From contig BTWA01000069.1 in NCBI GenBank assembly GCA_045863295.1, forward strand, positions 1-11,933: 11,933 bases of DNA, given 5' to 3'. Source of the stretch: Candidatus Hydrogenedentota bacterium (GTDB lineage: Bacteria > Hydrogenedentota > Hydrogenedentia > Hydrogenedentales > SLHB01). Of this stretch, positions 1 to 8,192 are shown one piece after another; the first letter of the stretch is position 1; every line of letters begins with the position of its first letter. The notes below the pieces were generated by a model, which did not search any database, had not been told where the DNA came from, and saw only the letters and a list, made by a program, of their open reading frames with translations. The position numbers were made by a program, and so were the translations under genes.

Positions 1-1
1 C

Positions 2-1672
2 GGACGGCAGTTCCGGTACAGCATGGGCCCGCCGCAGCAACTCGCGCTGATATTCGCGATTCGATTTGAACTTGGCAATTTGGACAAAACCCTGGGTGCC
101 AAGCACGGAAAGGCTCGCCAGAAACGTGGCGCGCAACGCGGCGCGGTATTGGCCTTTCTCAAGCAGATCGCGCGCCATGGATAACCAGGTGTCCTCTGGA
201 TAATCGGTGGCGACGATATCCTCGAGTTCAATATCGGGAACCTGTGGCAGTCCAAGATCTTCCGCCTCCCGAAAAGTGGGAGGACGCGAACGCCAGACCC
301 GAAAAAGAAGATAGGCCAACAATAAGCCTCCGATCAGGAGCAGGCCAATGGAAAGATATTGTGGATTGACGTTGAAGCCAGACCAACCACCGCCTTCTGA
401 ATTCTGATCCCGTCGAAACTTCTCCGAAAGCCATTTGAGAATGCCGTCAATGCGTTCGCCCATCCATGTAATTCCCTGGCCGATGGACTGCATCACCCCG
501 GATAGGAAGGACATCAGCGGACCTTCGTCTTCGATGCTTTCTTTGTCTTCGCGAGGAGCCCGCCAGGCGAACTCAGGCCGGCGCAAGACATCCTCTATTC
601 GGTCGCGCAACTCTTCCGGGGATACCGACTGGGCAACATCCGGTGCGGCGCTCTGGGCCCATGCGGGCTCCGAACACCACGCCGCGCACGCCAGCACACT
701 AAGGGCGGCTGCCGTCCGGCCCGTCCTGGCAACAACCGCTCGCCATTGCGCACGGAGGTCGTCGCCTGTTTCCAGGGACTCGCTATAGTGGCAGCGCAAG
801 ACATATGCAGCTTTCGCAATAGGATCCAGACAGAGATACGTGAGCGCGATTACCAGCATCTGCAATGTCTGATCGGAGGCGCCAATCGCCTTGAAGGTTA
901 TGAACTCGATGCCGAGGATAATCCTGGCGAGTTCCGGCAGAAAGAACAGAAGCGTGCCAAGATTCAATACTGCAATCGACCCGAGCGGGCACAGCGGAAT
1001 ACACAGCAGATACACGATGAAGTTCGCAATCCAAACAATACCCCGCAGGAAATCACCACCGCTGGAATCTGGGCTCACCGCTTCGAGCACCGGGGACATG
1101 ACGAATGTAAGACCTCCAGTAATGAGCAACAGCAAAGGACTGAGTAGCCACATGATCACGATATTCTGCCGAGTCCACATCGCGGCATGCCGTGCGGAGC
1201 GCAAGGCCGCCGTTCGGATACTTTCTTCCCTTGCATCGCCGTGGAAAGTGAAATTTTGAAAAAAGGCATACGCGAACGGCGCGGGTACCAGCGCGATGAT
1301 GGCCAACGGGAGCGCAACGAGGCCGGCGCTTTGCACAACCATTTGCTTATACAAAATACGGACGACGCGCGCCGGCGTCATTGGGGGCGCGGGTTCATCG
1401 AGCAATAGGGTGCGCAGGCGAAGGGCGTACAACGTATGCCACGTCTTCATCCACACAAAGAGCACCGCAAGCACGAGGGCGAATGCCGGTAGCCGGTCCT
1501 CGCCAAATACGTTGAATGTCATGTCCGTGCAGAAATAGACGAGGGCAAGGGCGAACGGCAGGGAACCGATGGCATACGGTGCGATGACGCTTCCACCTCC
1601 CCTGCGAATCAAGTGGAACGCCTGTTCGGCAATGTCGATTGCGCCAAGTTCGGCCCTGGTTCGCGGGTTCAT
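2..1672 (-). CDS. Large polytopic membrane protein with C-terminal DUF4129-like domain (3' end lies outside the window, >=557 aa)
   Basis: Not in the ORF track because there is no stop before the window edge. ATG at 1672 overlaps the TGA of the 1669..1998 gene (ATGA). Hand translation: MNPRTRAELGAIDIAEQAFHLIRR, many hydrophobic segments, YSESLETGDDL, then LSMARDLLEKGQYRAALRATFLASL and KSNREYQRELLRR, which resemble the DUF4129 'G.yr.AlR..y...L' and '(T/S)NREY' motifs. Confidence 0.8.
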   Translation of the reverse strand, partial: MNPRTRAELGAIDIAEQAFHLIRRGGGSVIAPYAIGSLPFALALVYFCTDMTFNVFGEDRLPAFALVLAVLFVWMKTWHTLYALRLRTLLLDEPAPPMTPARVVRILYKQMVVQSAGLVALPLAIIALVPAPFAYAFFQNFTFHGDAREESIRTAALRSARHAAMWTRQNIVIMWLLSPLLLLITGGLTFVMSPVLEAVSPDSSGGDFLRGIVWIANFIVYLLCIPLCPLGSIAVLNLGTLLFFLPELARIILGIEFITFKAIGASDQTLQMLVIALTYLCLDPIAKAAYVLRCHYSESLETGDDLRAQWRAVVARTGRTAAALSVLACAAWCSEPAWAQSAAPDVAQSVSPEELRDRIEDVLRRPEFAWRAPREDKESIEDEGPLMSFLSGVMQSIGQGITWMGERIDGILKWLSEKFRRDQNSEGGGWSGFNVNPQYLSIGLLLIGGLLLAYLLFRVWRSRPPTFREAEDLGLPQVPDIELEDIVATDYPEDTWLSMARDLLEKGQYRAALRATFLASLSVLGTQGFVQIAKFKSNREYQRELLRRAHAVPELPS

Positions 1673-1998
1673 TCGGGCGCATCCTCATCAATCCAACTTT
1701 CCAGCAGAGTTTCATGAAACGTCGACGGTACCTGGAGCAGTCCGTTGCCCAGCAAAAAGAACCCGAACCAGAGCAACAAAAGTATGGCCACGCTGTTCAT
1801 AATCTGCAACGCAATGCGCAACCGGTGCCTCGTGGATACTTTGGCGCTCACACTTCGGGCAAGGCATGCCGAACATACGAGCCGGTTTTCATGTTCGGTG
1901 ACACACTCGCGGCAATAGAACCGGCCACACTCCCTGCATTTCGCAGCGGCTTCGCGCAGCGCGTGATTGAAACACCGTTGTTGGTGAAGGTGCGACAT
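1669..1998 (-). CDS. B-box-like zinc-finger protein with one transmembrane helix (109 aa)
   Basis: CFNH-x8-CREC-x4-CREC-x9-CSAC followed by the hydrophobic helix IMNSVAILLLLWFGFFLLG. Start overlaps the upstream stop (TGATG at 1996-2000). Confidence 0.85.
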   Translation of the reverse strand: MSHLHQQRCFNHALREAAAKCRECGRFYCRECVTEHENRLVCSACLARSVSAKVSTRHRLRIALQIMNSVAILLLLWFGFFLLGNGLLQVPSTFHETLLESWIDEDAPE

Positions 1999-3014
1999 CA
2001 GGCGCTCTCCGCCGCCTGCACGGGTTGTTCCCGGTCGGCACGCACTTGGCCAATTGCAATCCAGTGGCTGCGGAGTATCAGCAGACCGGGCACCGCAAAC
2101 AAGAGATTTACCGCCATAGTGGCGGCGTTAATCACGCGGAACATACCAATGGCCACATCGTCATTGCGCAATTCGTCTTCCGCAAGAAAGACAAAATTGA
2201 AGAATATGGAGAAAAACACAAGCAAAGACATGATAAGTGCGTAAAGGGAAGTCATGGATCGCAGCGCAGGCGGAAGATCCGTGTTGGATTGGCGCACAAG
2301 CGAACCGACAATAAGCACCATCATGCCGAATATCGCCAGCACATGCACCGCGCCCGCACCGGCAAATGTGGAAGCCACAAGAATCGCACACAAAGCCGCA
2401 TTGAAAAGCGAGTAGGTGTACAGCAGCAAATGCCAATACCCCGTCTCGTGCCGCAGCTTGCGTGTCTTTTCCGAAAGCCAGGTGGACACCCGCTGGCGCA
2501 ATGCTTCGGAGTGCGGCTCAGAGTCCGCCTCCTGCACCGCTTGTATGCGGTCTTTTATGAGCCGCACGGCGCTCCGCGCCGAACGCCAGCGGCCCAACGA
2601 GGGCAAGTCCTCGATTTGAACAGGAGTTACCAGACTGCATACGCATGTTGGACCAAACGCCGCGTGTATGCCGGTGGCCACCGCCGCGACCAAACCTGCT
2701 CCCACGAGAAATGCGTAGAAGCCGGGTTCCCAATTCTGCCCGGCCCCCAGCAGGCCGCCCAGTGCCAGCAGGCCAATAGCCAGTGTGCCGAATGTCGCGC
2801 TCATGTACGTACCGGCAACGGTCTTTCTGAGAATAATGGCCTGAATGTCCCGGTATTCAAAACGCTTGTAGGTTTCTTGATACCGGTTGCTTTTGTACAC
2901 GTGCACAAGGTGATCGTCCGCGAGATACAGTTGGTTGGACTCCGCCGTCCACAACGCGGCCATGCGGCGGGACCGGCCAGGCAGGCGATCATATGCGCGT
3001 TTGGGCGCCGCCAT
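1998..3014 (-). CDS. Hypothetical polytopic membrane protein (338 aa)
   Basis: Long ORF with about 6 hydrophobic segments and a soluble N-terminus (YQETYKRFEYRDIQAI). Packed in the operon 3 nt after the upstream stop. Confidence 0.8.
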   Translation of the reverse strand: MAAPKRAYDRLPGRSRRMAALWTAESNQLYLADDHLVHVYKSNRYQETYKRFEYRDIQAIILRKTVAGTYMSATFGTLAIGLLALGGLLGAGQNWEPGFYAFLVGAGLVAAVATGIHAAFGPTCVCSLVTPVQIEDLPSLGRWRSARSAVRLIKDRIQAVQEADSEPHSEALRQRVSTWLSEKTRKLRHETGYWHLLLYTYSLFNAALCAILVASTFAGAGAVHVLAIFGMMVLIVGSLVRQSNTDLPPALRSMTSLYALIMSLLVFFSIFFNFVFLAEDELRNDDVAIGMFRVINAATMAVNLLFAVPGLLILRSHWIAIGQVRADREQPVQAAESA

Positions 3015-3017
3015 GAG

Positions 3018-3620
3018 CTAGAAACTCCCCGTGAGAAACGTTGAACCGACCACATAAACCCACACGCCAAGCGTTGCGACACTAAACAGAAGAGCAACCC
3101 AAGCGCGCCAGGAATTGCGGGGAATGGGCCGCTTCGTGTTGAAGAAATGGCGTATGACCAGGAACACGGCAACCGGAGCGGTAATAAAGGACACGGGCCA
3201 GCACAGTAACACCGGAACGACCGAGGCGTCCATCGCCATGTTGTCGTAGAGCACATGGCGGGTTACCATGCGAGTCTTCGCGGGATCATTCCGATTGGCT
3301 TGAAGACACGACGGGCAGATGTGCCGGCCATCCATCGCGATATCACAGAGCGAGCAAAGAAACCGGCCGCATTGATCGCAGGCGGCAGCGGCCCGCTTGG
3401 TGGCGTGATAGAAACAACTGCTCTCGCCTTCTACCAGAATGGACTCGCCAAACTGAGGTTTCAGTTCAGCACGGCTTAACGCGGGAAACGCCAAAACAAT
3501 AGATTCCGTGCCGCAATGGCTGCATCGGGTCTCGGCACCTGATTGCAGCATGGCATCGGACAAAAGACGCCGGCACCCGGCACAGGTAAGAACGTCGTCA
3601 TATTGAATGAGAGCACTCAC
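3018..3620 (-). CDS. Zinc-ribbon plus B-box-like zinc-finger membrane protein (200 aa)
   Basis: CAGC...CSHC ribbon, then CFYH-x8-CDQC-x4-CSLC-x9-CPSC and two C-terminal hydrophobic helices. GTG start overlaps the upstream TGA (GTGA at 3617-3620). Confidence 0.85.
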   Translation of the reverse strand: MSALIQYDDVLTCAGCRRLLSDAMLQSGAETRCSHCGTESIVLAFPALSRAELKPQFGESILVEGESSCFYHATKRAAAACDQCGRFLCSLCDIAMDGRHICPSCLQANRNDPAKTRMVTRHVLYDNMAMDASVVPVLLCWPVSFITAPVAVFLVIRHFFNTKRPIPRNSWRAWVALLFSVATLGVWVYVVGSTFLTGSF

Positions 3621-3916
3621 AACGTTACAACCCGCGATCGCGCCATAAAGTCATGCAAAGCCTCGCCGTTCTGGGTAAGAAGGGCAACGACATAACCGGC
3701 GCCAAACAACAAAACCGATGCCAATTCACCCAAGGTCCTTGTGAACGCCTGCACTAACGAGAGCCGATGCCCGTCCTTCGCGACGACATTCAACTTCAAG
3801 GGCTTGTACTTGCCGCAGACACTCAATTCAAAGATTGTGATTGCGTCGTGCGGGTCAACCAAGGTGCCACATTCCCGGCATGTGACCCGTTTTGGTGTTG
3901 CCGCGGCCGAACTCAT
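3617..3916 (-). CDS. Truncated (internally deleted) RDD-family paralogue, 99 aa; possibly a pseudogene
   Basis: N-terminal CREC-x17-CGKYKP aligns with CSVC-x17-CGECKP of the upstream RDD protein. The C-terminus LNVVAKDG...ALHDFMARSRVV aligns with LKVVTDDG...SLHDHLATTRVV. The intervening ~100 aa are missing. ATGA and GTGA overlaps on either side. Confidence 0.7.
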   Translation of the reverse strand: MSSAAATPKRVTCRECGTLVDPHDAITIFELSVCGKYKPLKLNVVAKDGHRLSLVQAFTRTLGELASVLLFGAGYVVALLTQNGEALHDFMARSRVVTL

Positions 3917-4689
3917 TTGTACACCACACGAGTTGTGGCAAGATGGTCATGCAACGACCGTTTTTGATCATCGAAGCCGGCGATGATGTACCCAATGTAG
4001 CAGCATATCTGGCTGATGAACTCGGCGGCGGTGCGGCCAAGGGCGCGCATATAGGTAATCGGACGGCCATCGTCGGTCACTACTTTCAACCCGCACACCA
4101 TCTTGCCGGGCGTAGCCCCAAACGTACCCAGGAAGTAAGTGTTGTAAGCCAGTTGAAGTGCAAAACCGAATAGGTAGAGAAAAACCTGGAGCAGCACTGC
4201 CCCGAGTTGACCCGCATCGGATCCACTGGATGCAAGCATCGCGATCAGCAGACCAAACACAAATCCTATGACCATGTTCACGGACCCGACCAGAATGAAA
4301 TCGATGATCTTCGCGCCGAACCGGATCCAGAAGCCGGCATAATTCATGCCCGTGGATAGGAGGTTGCCCTCTTTCAAGTTTTGGAAGAAGACGGGTTTGC
4401 ACTCTCCGCAGACGAGCGCACCTTCGTACCGGATGACGTCCTCTTCATGAAAAGAGCGGCCACAAACGGAACAGATCACCTGACCGGGCTGGGGTTCAGC
4501 ATAGCTTTCGACGGGGGTAGCCGACGGCGTGGAACCGAAAGCAATCGATCGATAGGGCACCCAATCCGCCATGCCATCGCGCCAGACGAGCGTATCTTCG
4601 GTAACGGTTCCATCGGCCACGCGCCCCTGAAACTCGTCGTCCGTCAGGGGGCCATGCTGTTCGGTGCCAACTGCAAAGTACCACGCCAT
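3913..4689 (-). CDS. RDD family membrane protein with N-terminal GYF_2 (DUF4339)-like domain and C4 zinc finger
   Basis: Start placed at ATG 4689 (upstream AAGGGGA SD-like sequence) rather than 4722. GYF_2-like: WYFAVGTEQHGP...DTLVWRDGMADW. Zn finger: CSVC...CGEC. RDD motifs: YAGFWIRFGAKIID, GATPGKMVCGLKVV, KRSLHDHLATTRVV. Confidence 0.92.
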   Translation of the reverse strand: MAWYFAVGTEQHGPLTDDEFQGRVADGTVTEDTLVWRDGMADWVPYRSIAFGSTPSATPVESYAEPQPGQVICSVCGRSFHEEDVIRYEGALVCGECKPVFFQNLKEGNLLSTGMNYAGFWIRFGAKIIDFILVGSVNMVIGFVFGLLIAMLASSGSDAGQLGAVLLQVFLYLFGFALQLAYNTYFLGTFGATPGKMVCGLKVVTDDGRPITYMRALGRTAAEFISQICCYIGYIIAGFDDQKRSLHDHLATTRVVYK

Positions 4690-4914
4690 GCGGATCCCCT
4701 TGGTGGACGCCGGGACCGGCATAATGCCAATTGCCCGGGCCGGATGTTGTCTTCAAGCCATCGGTTATAAGGCAGGCGCGCCAAGTCCCAAAGGCTGTCT
4801 ACCCAAGAACGCCAGGAATTGCGCGCAATACGTTTGGGCCAGTCTACAAACCCAGTTCGAATCCGTCACGGCATAGCATAACGAACCCAAGAGCCGTTCG
4901 CAAAAGGCGGGGAT

Positions 4915-5748
4915 TCACCGTCCGGCAAATAGCGCTCTGTCGTAGATCGAGTCAATCTGGATCCCGTCCACCTTCAACTCCTGCATTCGTTGTATATCCG
5001 CCAATCCTGCGGCAAGATGTTCCGGCTCGGGATAATGAAATGTATTGATGCTGGGAATAACGGCATACCCCAGTTTTTGAAACGCCGCCACGTTCCAGGC
5101 ATTAAACGCCTTGGCTTCGGAGAACACATAATAATTTGCGGATGCGTCGGAGTCCCCATCCAACAAAGCGTGCGCTTTCGCCGTATCGGCGCCAAAACTA
5201 ATGCGGGCCTCGCCGAGGAATCGCGATTTGAGTTCGTCGCGACCGATTACAAATGAAGCATCCATGAGTCCCTGTTTTCGCATCGACGTTTGCACTGACT
5301 CAATGAAGGGTTCGATCAAGGGTTCTGGCACCGCTTTCAAGTCGAGCTGGAATGCCAAACGCCCTCTCGCCCACTCGCAATAGGTGGCAAAACGGGGCAC
5401 CCGTTCTTCCTGCACACGCGTGTACAGTTCCGCAGTGGAAAGATCGTGGACGAGCACGTCGAGGCCGGCGGTCCGGCGCAGGCTGGCATCGTGCAGACAG
5501 ACAGCTTCGCCGTCTTTGGTGCATCGCAAATCCACTTCCACATGGGTATATCCGCGACGGTGCGCTTCCTCAAGGCCCGCCAGGCTGTTTTCTTTGAATC
5601 CAGCATCGGTCACACCCCGGTGGGCGATGAGGTAACGGCCCGGCTTGGGCGGTTCCGGCTCGGCGGCCGCCCCAAATAAGATCGTGCCGGTTGCCGCCAT
5701 AAACCCGCGCCGGTGAATTCGAATGGGGCCCTGGAATGGATACTTCAT
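4915..5748 (-). CDS. Glycerophosphodiester phosphodiesterase (GDPD) family protein with probable Tat signal
   Basis: GDPD motifs IAHRG, KENSLAG, VEVDLRCTKDG, LHDASLRRT, VDGIQID. Start placed at ATG 5748 (MKYPF..., upstream AAGGG). HRRGFM twin-arginine motif followed by a short hydrophobic stretch ending in AAA. Confidence 0.9.
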   Translation of the reverse strand: MKYPFQGPIRIHRRGFMAATGTILFGAAAEPEPPKPGRYLIAHRGVTDAGFKENSLAGLEEAHRRGYTHVEVDLRCTKDGEAVCLHDASLRRTAGLDVLVHDLSTAELYTRVQEERVPRFATYCEWARGRLAFQLDLKAVPEPLIEPFIESVQTSMRKQGLMDASFVIGRDELKSRFLGEARISFGADTAKAHALLDGDSDASANYYVFSEAKAFNAWNVAAFQKLGYAVIPSINTFHYPEPEHLAAGLADIQRMQELKVDGIQIDSIYDRALFAGR

Positions 5749-5870
5749 GTTTAAGCCCTTCTGCCGGGTTCCCGGTTGTCCTTTGCGCAAGGGGCACTCG
5801 ATGATACCATGTGCAAATGCCAGCGATCGCGGTTGAATGATACCGGCTGAATCATCCACAGGAAACAGGC

Positions 5871-6131
5871 ATGGACAATCCACATTCCGGCACGCCGCCT
5901 GAAACAAAGACGCCTTCCTATTACCGGAAGGGGTTCGTCTTGCTGCTGCTGTTTACAACAACCGGAGTATTGGGATTGCCGCTACTGTACAAAAGCCCAT
6001 ATTTTTCGCGCGGGGAGAAGCGGTTTTGGGCCGTATTGACGACCTTGTGGACCCTGACGTTAATAATTGCGGCCGCTACCACGGTGTGGTGGGCGGCGAT
6101 GAGCATCATGCGTGCGCTATCGATGAGCTAG
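5871..6131 (+). CDS. Small hypothetical membrane protein (86 aa, 2 TM helices)
   Basis: Two hydrophobic helices separated by LLYKSPYFSRGEK. Divergent from GDPD and ends just before a hairpin terminator. Confidence 0.75.
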   Translation: MDNPHSGTPPETKTPSYYRKGFVLLLLFTTTGVLGLPLLYKSPYFSRGEKRFWAVLTTLWTLTLIIAAATTVWWAAMSIMRALSMS

Positions 6132-6142
6132 TAGAAAACAAG

Positions 6143-6171
6143 AGGCCGGTTCCCAAAGCAGGAACCGGCCT
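6143..6171. terminator. Rho-independent terminator between convergent genes (best U-tract on the - strand)
   Basis: Perfect 11 bp inverted repeat AGGCCGGTTCC (6143-6153) / GGAACCGGCCT (6161-6171) with a 7 nt loop. On the - strand it is followed by CTTGTTTTCT. Confidence 0.85.
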
Positions 6172-6188
6172 GTAATCGTGTCGTGGAC

Positions 6189-6413
6189 TTAATACTGCTC
6201 GTGTTGCACACTGGCGCGAATGTCGGTAACGCCAAAGCGTTCAATTCCTTTAGGAGCATAGGACACTTCGCTGGTCGAAATCGTCACGGTGGCGGTGCCT
6301 GCCTGCACTGGGGCCGTGTGAAGTAATGAAACGGCCAGCAAGCCCGCGCCTGCAATGAAGGCAAAGGCCACCGCAACGGTTACGGCTTTGTGAAATCGCC
6401 GCTTATTCGGCAT
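6189..6413 (-). CDS. Small exported or membrane-anchored peptide (74 aa)
   Basis: Strong SD GGAGGT 9 nt before ATG 6413. Basic n-region (KRRFHK), hydrophobic h-region and a possible PVQA cleavage site. Terminator lies directly downstream. Confidence 0.7.
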   Translation of the reverse strand: MPNKRRFHKAVTVAVAFAFIAGAGLLAVSLLHTAPVQAGTATVTISTSEVSYAPKGIERFGVTDIRASVQHEQY

Positions 6414-6572
6414 ACTACGCGTACCTCCGTTGTTGTGCGGGGCGGTGTTTCGAACACCCCATAACACCTGACGCCCCGTCACACGGAATATTCACCCTTG
6501 ACATGAGTATACACAATTTTATCCCCGGAGGTGCAACGAAAGTTCCATTGGGGGGCAGAAGGGGGCAGCGGT

Positions 6573-8174
6573 ATGGGCGGGTGGTTCAAACGCCACAAGA
6601 TATTGACGGGATTCGCGCTCTTTATCCTACTGGGATGGGCATTCATGGCGTGGCGCATGTGGGGGCCCTACCGAGGGTACGAAGTCGATTTCATCGAAAC
6701 GGGCAACGCCGAAGAAGCGGATACCGGTTTCCAAGTGGGCGTGGCCAAGAGGGACATCACGCCGGATTTGTCGAAATACGATACATGGACCGATGCAAAC
6801 AACGATGCCAAATTCCGCGAGAAAGACGGTGATACCTGGCAGGATCGTAACGGCAACGGCAAAATGGATCTGGTTTGGATGGGCGGATTTTCAAATAACC
6901 GGCCCGCCAAAGGGGTAAACGATCCGCTTTGGGCACGCGCGATTGCGGTGCGGAACAACGGGGTGACCGTTGTCATGGTTGCCATCGACAGCGTGGGCAT
7001 GACGCATCACCGGTTCATCCCGGTGAGAAAGGCGGTCAATCCTTCGTTGAATATCGACCACATCATTCTGGCGACCACGCATTCGCACGAAGCGCCGGAC
7101 ACCATGGGCATCTGGAGTTACAAAATATACCCGCCGCTATTCGATACGGCCTATATGGCGTTTATTCAGGAGCAGGCGCGCGCGGCGATTGAAGAAGCCG
7201 TGGGCGCGTTACGGCCCGCGGAAATGATTTTGCAGGAAAAGACGGTGGAGGCCAACGGTTGGGTGCGGGACAGCCGCAAACCGCTGGTCTACGATCATAA
7301 GGTGTGTATGGCACGGTTTGTGGAACGCGGCACGGACATCACGATCGCAACCCTGGTTTCGTGGGGAAATCACCCGGAGTCCATGGGGAGCGACAACTCC
7401 TTTTTAAGCTCGGATTATCCTCATTATTTCCGTCAGGGAGTGGAGAAAGGTGTTGCCGAACCCAACGGCGCAACCGGTTTGGGTGGCACATGCGTGTTCT
7501 TTTCCGGGCCTTTGGGCGGACTGATGAATCCATTGCATATTCCATACACACACCGGGATGGAACAACCGTGGTTGAGAAGAACGGGATCGAGAAAGCGGA
7601 AATCCTGGGAGCGAATCTGGCGCTTTTGACGATCAATGCGCTGCGCGAAGAAGGATTGGAACGCGAGTCCTCGCCTCACGTGGCCGTGGCGGCGCGCACG
7701 GTGTACACGCCGATCAATGGGTTGTTTACGGTTCCAATCGTGTTGGGCTTGTTGCATCCCGGCTACTTTTGGGGCAAGGCCAAGACAGAAGTAAATATGG
7801 TGCGGATTGGCGGCTTGGAGATACTGACTATTCCCGGCGAGATCTATCCGGAGATCGTGGATGGCGGGGTGGAAAGTCCCGAGGGCGCGGATTTTGGCGG
7901 GGCACCGCTGGAAGTACCGCCTTTGCGCAGTGTGATGAAGGGCAAGGTAAATATGGTATTCAATCTCGCCAATGACGAGATTGGCTACATCGTTCCCAAG
8001 AGCCAGTGGGACACAAAGCCTCCGTTTACCTATGGAGAAGACGACGCGCCCTATGGCGAAGAGAATTCCGGTGGTTTTAACGTTGCCCCCAGCCTTCACG
8101 GGGAGGCGATCAAGCTGATGGCCGATTTTCACGAGGCACTGGGCGAGCCGGATGCCATTGCCCGGGCTGAGTAG
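6573..8174 (+). CDS. Neutral/alkaline ceramidase-like metallo-amidohydrolase, N-terminally anchored
   Basis: Motifs GVAKRDITP, GVNDPLWARA, THSHEAPD, WGNHPE, SSDYP, PGEIYPE, ANDEIGYI, typical of the neutral ceramidase N-terminal domain superfamily. N-terminal TM helix. Start placed at ATG 6573 (upstream GAAGGGGG). Confidence 0.8.
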   Translation: MGGWFKRHKILTGFALFILLGWAFMAWRMWGPYRGYEVDFIETGNAEEADTGFQVGVAKRDITPDLSKYDTWTDANNDAKFREKDGDTWQDRNGNGKMDLVWMGGFSNNRPAKGVNDPLWARAIAVRNNGVTVVMVAIDSVGMTHHRFIPVRKAVNPSLNIDHIILATTHSHEAPDTMGIWSYKIYPPLFDTAYMAFIQEQARAAIEEAVGALRPAEMILQEKTVEANGWVRDSRKPLVYDHKVCMARFVERGTDITIATLVSWGNHPESMGSDNSFLSSDYPHYFRQGVEKGVAEPNGATGLGGTCVFFSGPLGGLMNPLHIPYTHRDGTTVVEKNGIEKAEILGANLALLTINALREEGLERESSPHVAVAARTVYTPINGLFTVPIVLGLLHPGYFWGKAKTEVNMVRIGGLEILTIPGEIYPEIVDGGVESPEGADFGGAPLEVPPLRSVMKGKVNMVFNLANDEIGYIVPKSQWDTKPPFTYGEDDAPYGEENSGGFNVAPSLHGEAIKLMADFHEALGEPDAIARAE

Positions 8175-8192
8175 CCCAATTAAAGAAGTTCG

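Noticed and set aside
2025..3044. 339 aa + strand ORF (also 1639..2244, 746..1147, 891..1259 and 435..788)
   Set aside because: Antisense shadows of the coupled - strand operon genes, with no recognisable motifs.
5749..5907. N-terminal extensions given by the ORF track (GDPD here; likewise RDD, ceramidase-like, R2lox, aspC and the 6189 ORF)
   Set aside because: Downstream ATGs have SD-like sequences and match family N-termini; the GDPD extension would also overlap the divergent 5871 gene.
6498..6503. Perfect TTGACA on the + strand upstream of the ceramidase-like gene
   Set aside because: No -10 hexamer at 16-18 bp spacing. The opposite-strand TTGCAC/TATACT pair has a 19 bp spacer. Neither is supportable as a promoter.
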